A stretch of DNA of 64,000 nt, taken from Takakia lepidozioides. Its lineage: Eukaryota > Plantae > Bryophyta. The position numbers and the translations under genes are program-made. How positions within the stretch are numbered: the first letter of the stretch is position 1; every line of letters starts with the position of its first letter. The notes beneath the pieces were generated by a model. That model did not search any database, was not told where the DNA came from, and saw nothing but the letters and a program-made list of their open reading frames with translations. Location: the NCBI GenBank assembly GCA_030704615.1, contig CM060732.1, positions 44,454,001-44,518,000 on the forward strand, in the 5' to 3' direction. Shown one piece after another: positions 23,701 to 37,600 of this stretch.

Positions 23701-25200
23701 CCCATAGATACCTAAGGCATTGACATCAACAACATATTACCTTGGGAGGCATGAGCCATCCAAGAAAGAGACGGAAGAGAGGGTGGTTGCCCATAGGGAC
23801 AATCAGTCCCCCCTCCCAGTACAGAGAGCGAGTGTGGCGGTGGTAGTACTGTCGTATAGGCACATACTCCACAAAGGAGCCCCGGGTGAGTGCAGTCTGG
23901 GCATGGATATGGAACCAGGGCTTGTACCACCGCCCAAGCGGATTGATCACGTTCCCCCTCCGTCTGGCCTCTTGCTTGGTTGCGTATCGCCCTGTTGTGA
24001 TCACTGCTTCTGTGCCTGAGTATAAAATTGCCTCGACAAAGTCTGGCACCTGCCAGCAGAGTGTCAGAGCGTGTAACACCATGCAAGTACCGCTGCGTGC
24101 ATGAGGAATGTGTTGCTTAAGCACAGCCTACAATCAAAACGAAAGACCAACTTGGACATGCAATGCCACATCTGTTTTCTGGTGTTGCTAATGTAAGCGT
24201 CAGTTTGTCTACTTCTGCAAGCTGCCCCCCCCTCCCTCCCCTGCGTCCCTTGTTGTTCTACATGTGACAGTTGGGCCCTTCGTTACTCTGTTGTTCATTT
24301 TCTCTCCTTTCCTCCTTCCACACGGTTCTCCCGTGCCCCACATTCATCGTACTTAATTTTTTTGAAGTGCGCAGTTGCCTGTTAAGTTAAGAAAGACGAC
24401 AAACAAACCTTCTCTGGGTTGTCTTGATCGAGGTCACGGGGGCAGAATGAGTCGGAATAGACTCGAGTAATATCTTTGAAATCACCCTGGACAGGTGTGT
24501 AGGTGACACGCATGTAATCCTTGACAGCAATCAACCGAAATTCAACCCCCACCAAAAGCCCCAGCGATCCATGCGACCAAGGCACGGCCTTGAAGAGATC
24601 GGAGTACTCATTGTCCGCCGTTGCTCGAACCATATTTCCATCCGCCAAGACGATTTCAAAGGCTGTGCAGGTCTCAGCGAACAGCCCATATATGTGGCTG
24701 CTGCCTTCAATCCCGTACCCGTTGATCACACCTCCTATGGTCAGATCATCCAGCTCAGGGAGAACCTCGGGAGCAAATCCAAGCGGAAGAGTGGCAGCGC
24801 TCACCTCGGACATCACCACCATGGGCTCGCATTTCATCAGCCTTCTCTGTACATCAATCCACACTACAGAATTCAGGTGACCCAATTCCACTTCATACTT
24901 AGCAGATGCCCGTTTATGCTCACTGTTACGAAGAGATACCCCCAACCACGGCGGCCGAGCCGTGCAGATGAGACCATCAACACCAGGTTTGCGATTTGCC
25001 ACCGATTCTTGCACCTTCTTCACCGCCGCTTTGTGCTGCCCTTCAGATGGCGGTCCTTGCAAAAACGCCTTGATTGCTGCACGCCAGTGCATCCATTGGT
25101 AGTAGAGAAACGAGATTGGAAGAATGATGGGCACCACCACTAACCACCGAAATTGCACAACGAAATCCGGCAGAGATGATGGCCGCTTAGCACGGGCCAT
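20733..25200 (-). CDS. DWF1: DWF1/DIMINUTO-like delta24-sterol reductase (FAD-binding), ~550 aa, 5 exons (25200-24409, 24049-23741, 23474-23343, 21798-21479, 20832-20733)
   Basis: Exons sum to 1653 nt in frame. Motifs: ELDDLTIGGVINGYGIEGSSHIYGLF, PWSHGSLGLLV, YYHRHTRSLYWEG, GWLMPPKVS, YPLWLCPHRL, FWRMFD, FMSVFYK. Confidence 0.93.
22309..22456. repeat. Intronic tandem duplication, ~78 bp x2
   Basis: tcaaactgggcgcggggtcaatggccacaaggcta.ggcaaacaa.gtcttatgagtacaatc occurs twice. Confidence 0.9.
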
Positions 25201-26517
25201 CTCTCCTCAACTCCGCCAACAATTTCACGTTGTGGGTCTCTCTCCAGGCTATGTCTTGCGCACAATCTGATCCCTGCTGCCGATGGGGAGGCCAGATCCA
25301 GCGTGCCTCAAGAAATACAAAGGCAGCAAGACCGTTGGCCCGCTCCATGGCAGCAGATGCCCAGTTGCACTTTTCGCTGTCTGCAGTTCTGTCTACTGTT
25401 TTGGACACCATGTCACTCCTGCAAGGGCCCCACAAAATTCCCTCCTCGGTTATTCTATCTGTGTCTACCGGGCCTTCAAAGTACCCCAACGGAGGTAATA
25501 CCTACATTCGACAAGCATTGCACCACAGTGATGTCAATCGATCAACCATATACCTAGTCTTATAATATCAGTCCGACATTTGGCAGTCAGGGCAGAACAG
25601 CCCAAATGGAGGTTCAGTCCGAAACATTTACACCCAATAGGCTATACCTCCAGCCCTTGTTATGTGCGCATTGCACCCAAACTGCTGAAGAGGGTGAGGT
25701 GATAAGGGTTTGGTCGTCTCACTTAGTCAATCACAGTCTCAAGAATCAGATTGCTAGCACGAGACCAGAAGCATAATTGAATCCAATGGACGATATGGCG
25801 GCCATGAAGAAGGGAGGCATAGGTAACTTAGCTCGACAACAAAAGCTCACAAATAGTGTAGAGTATCTAGCAGAGCACAGACTCAGCAAGGTGGATTACT
25901 GTCCAACCATGTCTTCTCCAAGCCCCAATATCCAAGAGCATAGTACATACACAGACAGTCAGTGGGCTCATTCAGTACCATACTTCTGGCAAATTAACAT
26001 AGAGGAAGTATAGAGACTAGAGACGCTGTCTATTGTTCCCTGTGTCTCATACATGAGGGTAGCAAAATACAAAAGATAGCAAATGACAGTTTGATGGTTT
26101 CATCATCCTGTGGGCCTATCTTCTAGGGGCTTAGGGGAATGTGTAGATATAAAAATATATATGACGCCAACCGAAGTTAGTGTAAATAAGAGCCGCTTCC
26201 CCTTGTGGGTATACTATATAGAGAGGGACTCCTACTCTATAGAGTATAGAGAGGGACTCCTATTTATAACCTGCCACAGTGCGTGGGGGATTATATCTAT
26301 CTGCGTGCGTGTCACTCATCTTTCTCCTGAAGAAGAATGTTTAGTAGTGTCCTGTAGCCTCTCCTCTTTGTAGCGCTTTCAGAAGGACGCACACACGCAA
26401 ACTTCAGGCTCCCTCGTTTTTAAACATCACCCACTACTGTCTTTGCTCTGATATCGGAATTTTTTCATCCCCTGCTTTTCTCTCTTTTGTTTGATCTTGA
26501 CCTCTCGTCGCTGAGGC

Positions 26518-29500
26518 ATGGCGACAGCGCAGGCTCACAGGTTGGCTTGCACGAATGCGGGGTTGATACAAGCGTCTTCTTCCCTTCCCGACCGTCGCTC
26601 TTCCTATGTAAATGCATCATCCTTTTAGTTCTTCTGCTTTGACTTTATCCGTGGAAGATTTTTCCTTGATCTCTGTAATGGGCAGCTGCTTCAGAATGGG
26701 TTTTGGTGGGTTTAAGTCTGAGTTGACTCCACGCTGGGATCGTGAGAGAGAGGCATGCTTGCATACAGTTTTGTGGCTAACGAGTCTTCAAGTTCATGTT
26801 GGAACTACATGATCTGCCTCCTTTGTGATGGACATGTGGGGAGCTGGGTTGGCAGACATTGTTGGGTTCGTCATTGTACGTCGCAAAGTGGGGCTCTCTG
26901 TCTCAGTCTTGCACTGGCAGAGCCCCATTCAGGATTCAGCGCTTGAAAGGTACGGTCGCTGGGAATTTTTAAATGGTCAACAGTACTGCGCTTCATTGCA
27001 CTTTACACATAGAGCGCGTAGCGGATGTTTGTGGTTTCATTCTAGCACTCAATGTATGTCACTACATGTAATTTGGAACTTTTGTAGCTTTACTTAATAG
27101 TTTCTAAGGATTACCTGTTCTTCTGTCCCTAATATGATGTTTTCAACTTGGGTATCAGCTATTCTCCACGCACCAGCAGGTAGACTAGAAAAGGATGCAG
27201 AATTTGAAAGTAGACCGGGGCAGAGTGACAGTTGAGACACTACTCTACTACTGCAAGGCTTCATCTTACATAAGCAACGTATGACACATTCACAAAACCT
27301 CTAATTCATACAACCATTGCACTTGTGCACGCAGCCTCAGTTGTTGGTTTGAAGTGTGGATTGAAAATTGGCCCTTGTTGTCTCTGTTTAAATGGTTGGT
27401 GTCTTGATGAAGCTAGGCAGTTTCTGCAGGAACCCTGAAAGTAAGGGATTTATGTGCAGGGGTTAGAGCGGTGGTGGCTAATGAGGATGTGAAGGAGGTA
27501 GCAGAACTGAAGAATGGTGGTGTCCGTGGGAAGTTAAACAAAGTGGTGTTGGCCTACAGCGGTGGGTTGGATACCTCAGTCATTGTGCCTTGGCTGCGGT
27601 GAGATACGGTTGGGAGAGTTTTTTTATTTCACGCTGCTTCTGTCTTCCTAGACAGCTTTCTAGCATGATGGCATTGACAGTTCTGATATCAACATGTGAG
27701 TCCCTGTATTGTATAGGCAGTGGCTGTGTGGGAATGTCAGACTGGGTTTGCATAACTTGTGGGTTGAAAGTGGAAACCTAGCAACAGCCCTTTGGGATGG
27801 TTGGTGTTTTGTGGGGACTGCCCCCTCAAGGGTATGTCATAATCTGCAAGTGTCAATCAGTACATGTCTTCCAATAAGGATTCATGTGGATTGAACCTTT
27901 TTACTCATTGTATGAATGAAAAGGCTGAAAGCATGTACAGTATAGTGACCCCCTACCCAAAGGGGATGAGTCAGGTGAGGATTGTAGTCTACACCATTAG
28001 TGGCTGTGGCAGATGTGTTTGGAGAGACAGAGAAAGAAAGGGGGGAGATTGAACTGGACAGCGCCTGGCTGATGTGCAGGGAAAACTATGGTTGTGAAGT
28101 TGTCTGCTTCACTGCTGACGTTGGTCAAGTAAGCCGTGCTTCATTAGCTTGCATTTTGTGTTTCCTGCAATATCTTCAGTGTAATCACAAGAGGGACAGC
28201 CGAATGATGAGATGGAGTTCTGGTCTGAATTATAGGCAGCTGTGCTGTGAATGCAGGGTGTTGGAGAAACAGATGGGCTGGAAGCCAAAGCCAAAGCAAG
28301 TGGTGCTAGCCAGCTTGTTATTGCAGACTTGAAAGAGGAATTTGTGAAAGACTACATTTTTCCTTGCTTGCGGGCAGGTGCTGTGTATGAGAGAAAGTAT
28401 CTGCTCGGAACATCCATGGCTCGTCCCATCATTGCCAAGGTTAGCTCCATCAAGGATTTTGATGACAGTGTTCTATGTGGTTTATAAGTGTTTACACACG
28501 GACATGTCTCGGTCTCATATTCTTCACTCTGTTGCAGGCGATGGTAGATGTAGCTAAGGAAGTTGGAGCAGATGCAGTGTCGCATGGATGCACCGGCAAG
28601 GGCAATGATCAGGTTCTGACAATCTGATATTACATCCAGATATGATCTTATTTGACATTCTTGGTACCTCTTATGTGTACAGCTAAATACATAACCCCTT
28701 TGCACTCCAGTCTTTATTGCATCCATGTGTCCCTCCGTCACATGATTAAAGTTGAGTTAGATTAGCCTGTGTGCCAAAGAACAGTTCTTCAAGTGCTTTG
28801 ACTCCTGAGTTTTTAAGAGCTGCCTCACGAAACCACTCCAAATCTAAAGCGTGTTGTAAAAGACCACAATCAGCTCAACTGTCATTTGCATTTGGAAGTC
28901 CCGGAATGCAATGATTGCTTCTTGGCATGCACATCACTACATCATGTGCACTTCACAATTCGTAAATACCTTATATAGGCTCCACTGTTGTAAACTGTGT
29001 CATGAGCAGGTTCGATTTGAGCTCACATTCTTTTCTCTCAACCCAAAGTTGGCTGTGGTTGCGCCGTGGAGGGAGTGGGATATTCGAGGTCGTGAGGACG
29101 CCATCGAGTATGCAAAGAAACACAACATTCCTGTGACTGCTACCAAAAAATCCATCTATAGCCGAGATCGCAACCTCTGGCACATCAGCCACGAGGTATT
29201 TTCTTCAACACTCAAGTCACAACCTCACAATGCCTCATGGATTTGTACAATGATGGGAGATCCCAAAGCAATCATAGGAGTTCATGAATGTGGTTGGTTG
29301 GCCACAGGGAGACATTTTGGAGGATCCTGGAAATGAACCTCTGAAGGACATGTATGTCATGACTGTGGATCCAGAGGACGCTCCCAATACTCCTGAGTAA
29401 GTTTTCTTTCTTGCACTGTCTGCTACTCTTTTTGTGCATGTCTCAAACCCAGTGAAGGTTTGGAGGGGGAGGGAGGAAAACAGATTGCATGAATGTCCTG

Positions 29501-30166
29501 TGTACAGTTCTGGCAAGCGGTCATGACATAGCATCCAATGCAAGCTGTTTTGTAGGACTTGCAATTTGCAAAGCAAATGGAGATCATAACTTAGCAATCT
29601 ATTTTGCCAGATATGTCAACATTGAGATTGAGGCAGGCCTGCCAGTAGGAGTTAATGGCAAACGTCTTTCTCCAGCTACCCTTCTAGCAGAGTTAAACGA
29701 GATTGGAGGCCGGCATGGTGTTGGACGGATAGACATGGTGGAGAATCGGTTGGTTGGAATGAAATCTCGCGGGGTTTATGAGACTCCGGGAGGCACTATT
29801 CTTACTGTGGCAGCTCGTGAATTGGAATCTCTTACTCTTGACAGAGAAAGCATGCAGTTAAAGGACACTCTTGCACTCAAGTATGCAGAGCTGGTTTATG
29901 CTGGGCGGTGGTTTGATCCCCTTCGTGAATCAATGGATGCATTTATGGAGAAAATTACAGCAACAACTTCAGGCAATGTTATGTTGAAGCTGTTCAAGGG
30001 CTCCGTGAATGTGTCCAGTAGGACAAGCCCCTTCAGTCTTTACCGGCAAGACATCTCATCCTTTGAGGAAGGAAGTGGGATCTACAACCAGGCAGATGCA
30101 GCTGGATTCATTCGCCTCTATGGGTTACCAACTCGAGTTCGGGCTATGCAGGAGATGGGGTTGTGA
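26518..30166 (+). CDS. ASS: Argininosuccinate synthase, plastid type. Conserved exons 27460-27598, 28080-28128, 28257-28439, 28538-28612, 29010-29195, 29308-29396, 29611-30166; the transit-peptide exons from ATG 26518 are uncertain
   Basis: Motifs [52 protein letters not shown] and [29 protein letters not shown]. All conserved-region junctions are GT-AG and in phase. Confidence 0.96.
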
Positions 30167-32061
30167 AAGTGTTCAAGTCTTTGTCTTCTTGGAAAGGGAC
30201 AGGTACACTTAGGATACACACAGCATGCCAGAGAGAGTGCTTATCTGTTTTTTTCTCCCAAACTGAGGGCCTTGTGGCCATAGACTGTCCTGCGTCTACA
30301 CACACAGTATGCAGGGGCAAGATACTCCCAGGAAGAGAAGGGGTACAATTACCCCTTGCTACTCTTGGGATCACTTTCTGACTCCTACAATGTGTCAATT
30401 TTGGGTTACTGTACAAATATCTGCTGACAGTCAACACACTCCAGAGAAAGCTAGAACATCGGCTCAGTCAAAGCTGCTAGACTTGAAACAGGCAGCGGAA
30501 GGCAAGAGGTCTGCTATCATGCAGCATTGGACAGGCAGCATTGGATTTCAAGTATTTTCTGAATCAGAAGTTAGCAGAGCTCTGGGAGTTGGGTGTTGAT
30601 AAGTATACATATACATGGAATGGTGGAGGCCAAAAGGACGCGTTATTGGCAGGTTCCTCGGGAAGATGTTTTAGCCGTCTTGCTGGAGTCTGGGTTGCAC
30701 ACTGCCGGGTAAGGGCACTGATGCAGCCCCCATCGTGTTGAGCTCCCAGTATGGCAAACGTCTTTGTCTGTTGAAGTGGGAGTAGAGTGACGGGTTCAGG
30801 TGGTAATAGAAATCAGTTCACAGGTCTTAGAAGATAAGGGCTTCATTCCAAGCCTCAAGTCCAGTTTGAGAGAAACACAAATCCTATGGCACACACAGGG
30901 AATTTCAAATAATTTGATTAGCTGAATGAAAAGACCGTTGGTATGCCGGACCAACACGTCAGTGCCTTGTTGTTGATGCTGTGCAGCTCAAACCTGCATG
31001 CCTGGCCTTTTTTTAGAGAAACCATTGTGAGTATGAATCTGATAATCACTTAAGTGCACCCTTCCCAAGGCTGCATCTTCAACAGCATGCCCATTGATAT
31101 GAAGCTTGCAGCAAGAAAGACCACGCTCTTCTTGCAGCAGTACTGTATACAAACCAAACTAAGCTCAGCGCTGTCTGCATCTAGTTTTAGCAACGGTTCC
31201 AAATGACATCACTCTGTCGTAGTCTTGGGATAGTCCTGTGAGGAAATTCCTCTTTTAACTTTCGAATGTAAGCATAGGGTAACTGAAACCATATCTTTGA
31301 GAGAAAGAGGGAACTACGCTTAAGTGTCGGGGCCACTTCTCATACTTCACATTCATGAATAGGACACGATCCACGCCAGTAGCTCAACCCCGCCTGTAGC
31401 TCAAGCTAATAAGCCGCTTGACGGCTCACCCCAAAATAATGCACACTCAGAACTGAACCTACTGCCAAGCCCTTCGAAGAACGATCTAACCATCCTCGCT
31501 CGTTTCCAGAAGAGTCAAAACAGGGGCAAAATAGTCATGGACTCAAAGACTACAACAAAATATGGACGCCTTTACAAGCCTATGATCTCCCTGTGTACGA
31601 GCTGAGGTCCAGCCTTACTGGGATTCTCTAATCCTCGCAGAAATCTTTTCCCACAAACTTCAAACTACTTCAAGCCTCGTTCCCCAGACGATATCAACTC
31701 TGAAAACTTCGAAAAATCCCAAACCCACAAACTGAGTCCAACCCAAAAGAAGTAGAGATCCCTGTGGAATCTGAGCACACAGAGATCGACATTCTCGGAG
31801 AAGATGGTGGCTGTTCAACTGCTGCAGATCACGAGATAGTGATCTTGGGGTCAAATCCAGATGCTCCGCTGGAATGTGACCGTAAAATATTATTGAATAC
31901 ATGGGTGAGAGGTGAGAAGCAGGGTGATGTGAAGGGGGCTGGGGTCGAAGAAACTGGTGCTCTTGCTGTCCTGTACCGATCTCTATTCTTCGCTGTGCCC
32001 TAGAATGCCTTGAGCGCCTTCCGATCGTTGCTGTCCATTTGGGTTGCATTGGGGGTGAGCC

Positions 32062-33636
32062 ATGAGCGACATTTTTGAAGGTTATGAGAGGCAGTATTGC
32101 GAGCTTTCCACAAATCTATCTCGCAAGTGCACAACTGTTTCGGTTCTCAATGGAGGTACTACTCTTGTTAATGTCGTGCTGCATATTATGTTTTCTTCGA
32201 TGTGTTTGCTTTGCACTTGTGGGATTCCGAGTAGCATATAGAAGAGGTTTACATGGCTGGTTTACGAATTGTAGTGGGTTTGGGGGTGGATGTCTTCAAT
32301 TTCCCAAATTGCAGAGGAAAAGAAGCAGAAGCTTACAGAGCTCAAGACTGGACTGGATGAGGCAGAGTCACTGGTATTACTGGATCTCTCTTTGAATCTG
32401 CTTCTGCTAATTATGATCAGCTTCGTCGTGGATTAGGGTGGATTAGTGTCTGAGCCTGAGGAGGCTGTTTTCTGATAGTTGAGTGGTGTAGGCACGTAAC
32501 GAAATATTTGCAAGAGCACTGAACTTCGTGACTGGTTGTTAGATCCGCAGAATGGACCTGGAGGCACGGAGCTTGACACCGACACAAAAAGCAATACTTC
32601 TGGCAAAATTGAGAGAATATAAGTCCGATTTGAATAATCTGAAACGGGAAGTGAAGAAGTCGTCATCTTTAAACGATCCCCTTGCTTCTAGGGATGAGCT
32701 TCTAGAGGCTGGCCTCGCGGATCATTTCGCGGTATGCAGCTCAGCTCTCGTCTTCTTTTGCAGATGACCTTTTTTATCTCGATGGTCTATCATGTCTGTC
32801 CCCATGTGGCAAAGAGATGTATCACAGGCTCAGGTTTCATTTAGTATAATTAAAGTGATCCACCATTGACAGTTTGAAGTCGTGTACAACTAGAGGTTCC
32901 AACCCGTGAGGACGATTTGAGAGCCTAGAAACGTCCTAGGCAGGATAGAGGGCTTTGTTGGTAAGGTTTGTAAATGACCTGAGTTGTACTGCTGTACCTA
33001 AGATGGGCATACTATGCTGCAGACAGGCTATGATCAGAGGAACAGGTTGTTAATGTCAACTGAAAGATTGAACCAATCTAGTGATCGGATTAAGGAGAGT
33101 AAACGATCACTTTTGGAGACTGAAGAGCTGGGCGTATCCATTCTTCAAGACCTTCATCAGCAACGCGAGACTCTCCTTCATGCCCAGAGTACTGTAGGTT
33201 TCCTCCTTGATATGGTGCATGAGGTTAAAGTATTGCTGGTAGCAGAGTTCCTGATTCCGTCCTTTCCTTGTTTGGTCTTAGCTTCTTCCTTGCCCCCCTT
33301 TTCTGCTGTGTCTGTATGTAAGCAGAGGGTTATTGCATTATCACTCATTGAGTACAAGTCTTTTCCCTCCGCCCCTCTCTGGACAAGGATGTGGTGGAGG
33401 TATTGTTGTTAGCTAACAAGCAAGTAATTGTGGAGCAAGAATGGCTATCTGAACTTGTTTTCGCCATGCAGCTGCATGATGTGGATGACAACATCGGGAA
33501 AAGTCGACGGGTCTTGAATTCCATGGGGCGGCGCATGACCCGAAACAAGTGGATTATGGGGGGCGTTATTTCCGTTCTGATTATGGCCATTGTATTGATA
33601 GTCTATGTCAAATACAATGGTAAGCGTACCAGGTAA
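32062..33636 (+). CDS. VTI1: VTI1-family Qb-SNARE, 225 aa, 5 exons (32062-32155, 32315-32373, 32543-32731, 33023-33193, 33472-33636)
   Basis: MSDIFEGYERQYCELS, IRRMDLEARSL, LAKLREYKSDLNNLKRE, LLETEELGVSILQDLHQQRE, LHDVDDNIGKSRRVL..M.RRM.RNKWI and a C-terminal TM helix; 678 nt in frame. Confidence 0.95.
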
Positions 33637-34630
33637 TGCTGCAACAGTTTCCAAGTCAGGGAATGACCTGGTCCTGTTGTTGCGGTGTTTGGTAATGATA
33701 TTTACTGTACAGGTATTGGTGATTAGTGGATCGAACAATCTGCTTGATATCATTACTGGAGGGGATCTCATAATTGTGGCAGATTCTGTGAAATGTTCAT
33801 CTCTTATGCAAGAAATTATTTAAGATGAAGGAGATGGAGATGGGGATGAAGGAGAGAAGAGGTCCACTGTCCTGTTGAAGCCTTGACATCATCAATATTT
33901 GGCCACTTCAAATCTTGGGACCTTCTTAGGCATACATCGAGTGGTGCATGCGCAAACATTTCAACAAAGCCCTGGGCATGAGGCACAAGTGAATGCCAGA
34001 CCTCATGGAGGGAGCTTTGTTATTGTTCTTCCAGGTGCTTGGTTCAATTTTCAACTGGTTATCTTTAGTGACTGAGTTTTGTTAGACTTTTTGATAAGGT
34101 TGGAATAAAGAGACTACCAATGTCTCATGAGGTGTAATTATATGTTTGGGTCTTCCATCTTAGGTTTCTTGGTTAGTTTGTTAGTTTTTTCTGGACTACC
34201 CAAAGTTGTTATTCAGCACCTGCCTTTCAAGTGCCATGTTATGTTCACTTTTGGTCTCTGGATCATCTGGAGCTGTCACCTAGTAACAGCACTAGGGGGG
34301 TATTAAGCTTGCAGCCAAGCTGCAAGATAGCAGTGATTATTACACAGAAAAGGGACATTACATCCAATGCACAGCACTGAGTCAACAATGCTGCAATCAT
34401 TTACCCACTTGCAGCAGTATAGACACTGCATTGAACCACTTCTTGACTGGTGTTAGTCTTTGTTGGACAGCTCATATGATTCTACTTATGCAAACCTTGT
34501 GACCTTCTGAACAATGACTTATACATCCAGAGACTAATTTGCTCAACATGAGCTTACATGTGAACTTATTACATCTGACCAACGCACAGCACCAATCATG
34601 ATGGCCATGGTGGAGGCGAGCTTAGTTTTT

Positions 34631-37600
34631 CTACTTGATATAGACTATCGTACAACCAGCATTTGTAACACTCTCTTCCTCAAACTTGGCCACATAAGGA
34701 TGCTTCTTCAAAACTTGCCATACTGCTTCCTTCACTGCCCCTGTACCCATGCCATGAACGACAAAAAGCACTGACTGTGGTGCCCGACTTGCCAGCGACA
34801 TTTCTAACTCACGCAAAGCCTCCTCCACACGATTTCCTCGCAAATCCAGTGTGTTCCTTGAAGTTTGCACTGCAACCTCATATTTTGCCTCTTCTGCTAG
34901 GCTTTCAGGCTGCCTGGAGTGAGCACGCTTCACCGGCTGAAAGAGAACCAACAGGTGACTAGGGTCAGGGCCTCTTTCCATGTGACCCCCTCACCCCCTA
35001 GTGCTGACCTCACATGGCCAAACACAGGTCAAAAACGACTTGCCATGTGACCCTGGCACCCCCTCAACCTGTTCTGGGGTGAGGGGGTTTGTAGCCGGGG
35101 TCAGAGGCAGCTCTAAACCAGCCATAGCAAGTCATTTTATTCTCTACAACCCACTACATTTCAAACCCTAAAACTAGATGCAGGAGGAAAGGTGACAGAG
35201 TGTAGCGGCTGCTCTCAACGAGTTGCACATAGAAAGCCTGGGTAACCTCGACCCCTGGAGTGACCTGGTCTCTGGCCTACATCATCCCTGGGTGAGGGGG
35301 TCACGCCCTTAGACCCTAATGTGTCATGCTGTCAGATATTTGCTGACTCAGGCCAACTTAATTTAGACACGATTAAACAGCTTCCTATTTTCTACACCAC
35401 CGGGAGTCAAAAGTCAAGTCTATAGTGACGGCCCCTGACTCGTCGTCCCTACTAGAAGTCACTAGAAATCAGGGCAATTGTTCCCACAGATATCAGGTTT
35501 TCTACTCTGCTATGAGGAAAGAAAAGGAGGATTGATGTGCAGCATTTTACGGAAATGAAGGACAAGAAAAAATAAATGGTGTATGTACAGTGGGAAGTAC
35601 GTACCTTCTCTTGTTTCACTATGATGGTGCTAGCTCCTGTGGCACCTGAGCTGCTGGCACTGGTCAATATTTCACTAAGCTTCACCTGCATCTTCATGGA
35701 GCCCAGTTGGACAGTCAAGTACTCACTGTCCCCTTGGGGTGAATCCACCACAGTTGCTGGTACTTTTCCAAGCCGCCTGATCACCACCTTGTCTCCCACA
35801 GAAGGCACTCGTAAGTCTCCCTTCTCCCCTCGCAGACCAATCTCGTTGGCAGAAGGTGGGAAATTTATCTCTTCAGGTTTCGGTGAATACTCTTCAACGA
35901 TTGCGGCAATGGCAGCTTGGGCATCACGCATTGAGAAGGAGCTCTCACCATTGGTGCTATTTTGTATGGAGTCCTGGAATCTCAATATAACTTGCTCCAT
36001 CCTTGAGTTTGCCTCTTTTACGCTGCTATCTATTGCAGTCTCTTGCAGTAGTCTGAGCCTGGCCTCGCGCTTGGCCAGGTGATGTGCCTCTGCAAGCAGC
36101 TACACCATTCACAACCAAGCCAATATCAACACCCACACCCTCATATCAGCTATGTCTCAAACATCCAAGATCTTTGGGCGGCAGACTTCAATAAGGTGTC
36201 AATGTGCTTCCTATTAGCTAGGCAATGCCTGCCTTGGCTGCACTGATGGCCAAGGCAGGCTTATTGTTATTTCATTATTGGGCATTTTACACTCCACGTC
36301 ATCATTGAGATATAAAAGCACCAGAAGACCTAGCTTGAGCCAGTGCTTGTGTCCAGCTATGCTCACTGCTTATCAAATCAGAAATGACAACAGTCCAGCC
36401 CAGCTCTTCAGAAAATGAAGTTTCTTAGAAGTAACTCAGCTACTTGTTCTCACCTCCTCATGGAGTTCTCTAATATTTACAAGAGCAGCAGCAGCAGCAG
36501 CAGCACGGCCTTCTTGCTCATCACACTGCTTTACAAGAGGCACCATCAACTCACTTGTCCTCTCACCAAGTCTTGCTGGAACCAACTTTGTTACCAAATC
36601 CCTGGCGCGAGCTAGTACTGCCGTGTCAAAACCCAGTGAATTTGCTATATTGAGGGCATTTGATTGGCCAGCGATACCCCATAGCACCCGATAAGTAGGC
36701 CGCAGTGTGTTAATGTCAAATTCAACTGAGGCATTCTCAAACAGCTGATCTTGGTCTTTCAAGCTGCGTAATTCAGCACTGTGAGTGGTTGCCAATGTCA
36801 ACCGTACAGATGCTGCCAGCTGACGGAGAACTGCTGTAGCAAGAGCAGCACCTTCTGAAGGGTCTGTGCCTCCGCCGATTTCATCGAGCAGAACCAGGGA
36901 TTTGTGTGTACCAGCTTCCAGTATTCTACACACCCGCTGAATGTGCCCACTGAAGGTTGACAAGCTGCGCTCCAAGGACTGAAATCACAAACCCATTCAG
37001 CCATCATAGGTGATCAAAATAGCTGACGGGTCAAAACACTTTCACACCTGCATCTGTTTGTCCTTTTGGCTGCACACTTCTATATCTCTCTTCTTGCTTG
37101 ATGGGATCTCTATGCTCTCATCCCAAAGAGCACTCCTTTAGAATTAAGTCCTTCCTACACATGATCTGAAACAACGACCATAATAAAAACACAAGTCTAC
37201 ATACCACTGTTCCAGTCTGCCTATCCACAGAACAGTGCATGGATGCCAAAGTTCCAGGACCAACCTGATCATCACCAATGTCTGCCAGGATACAGTCGAA
37301 CCAGGGCAAGCGTGGCTGACCCACAGCAGGTAAATATAAGCCTGCCTTGGCCATCAGTGCAGCCACACCCAGTGTCTTCAAGGCTGCTGTTTTCCCTCCG
37401 GTATTAGGGCCAGTTATGGTAACAACTTTAACTACCCCCCGGATCTTGATATCAATTGGCACGGGCAGAATCGAGTCACATTGTTCAAGAGACGAGTCGT
37501 TAGTTGAGATGTTTTTTGAGCTAGAGAAAGATACCCTCCTGGTAGTCTTTTGCTGGACTACTCCAAACCTGTGTGTCTGCAATGGCGCTGGGAGTGCAGT

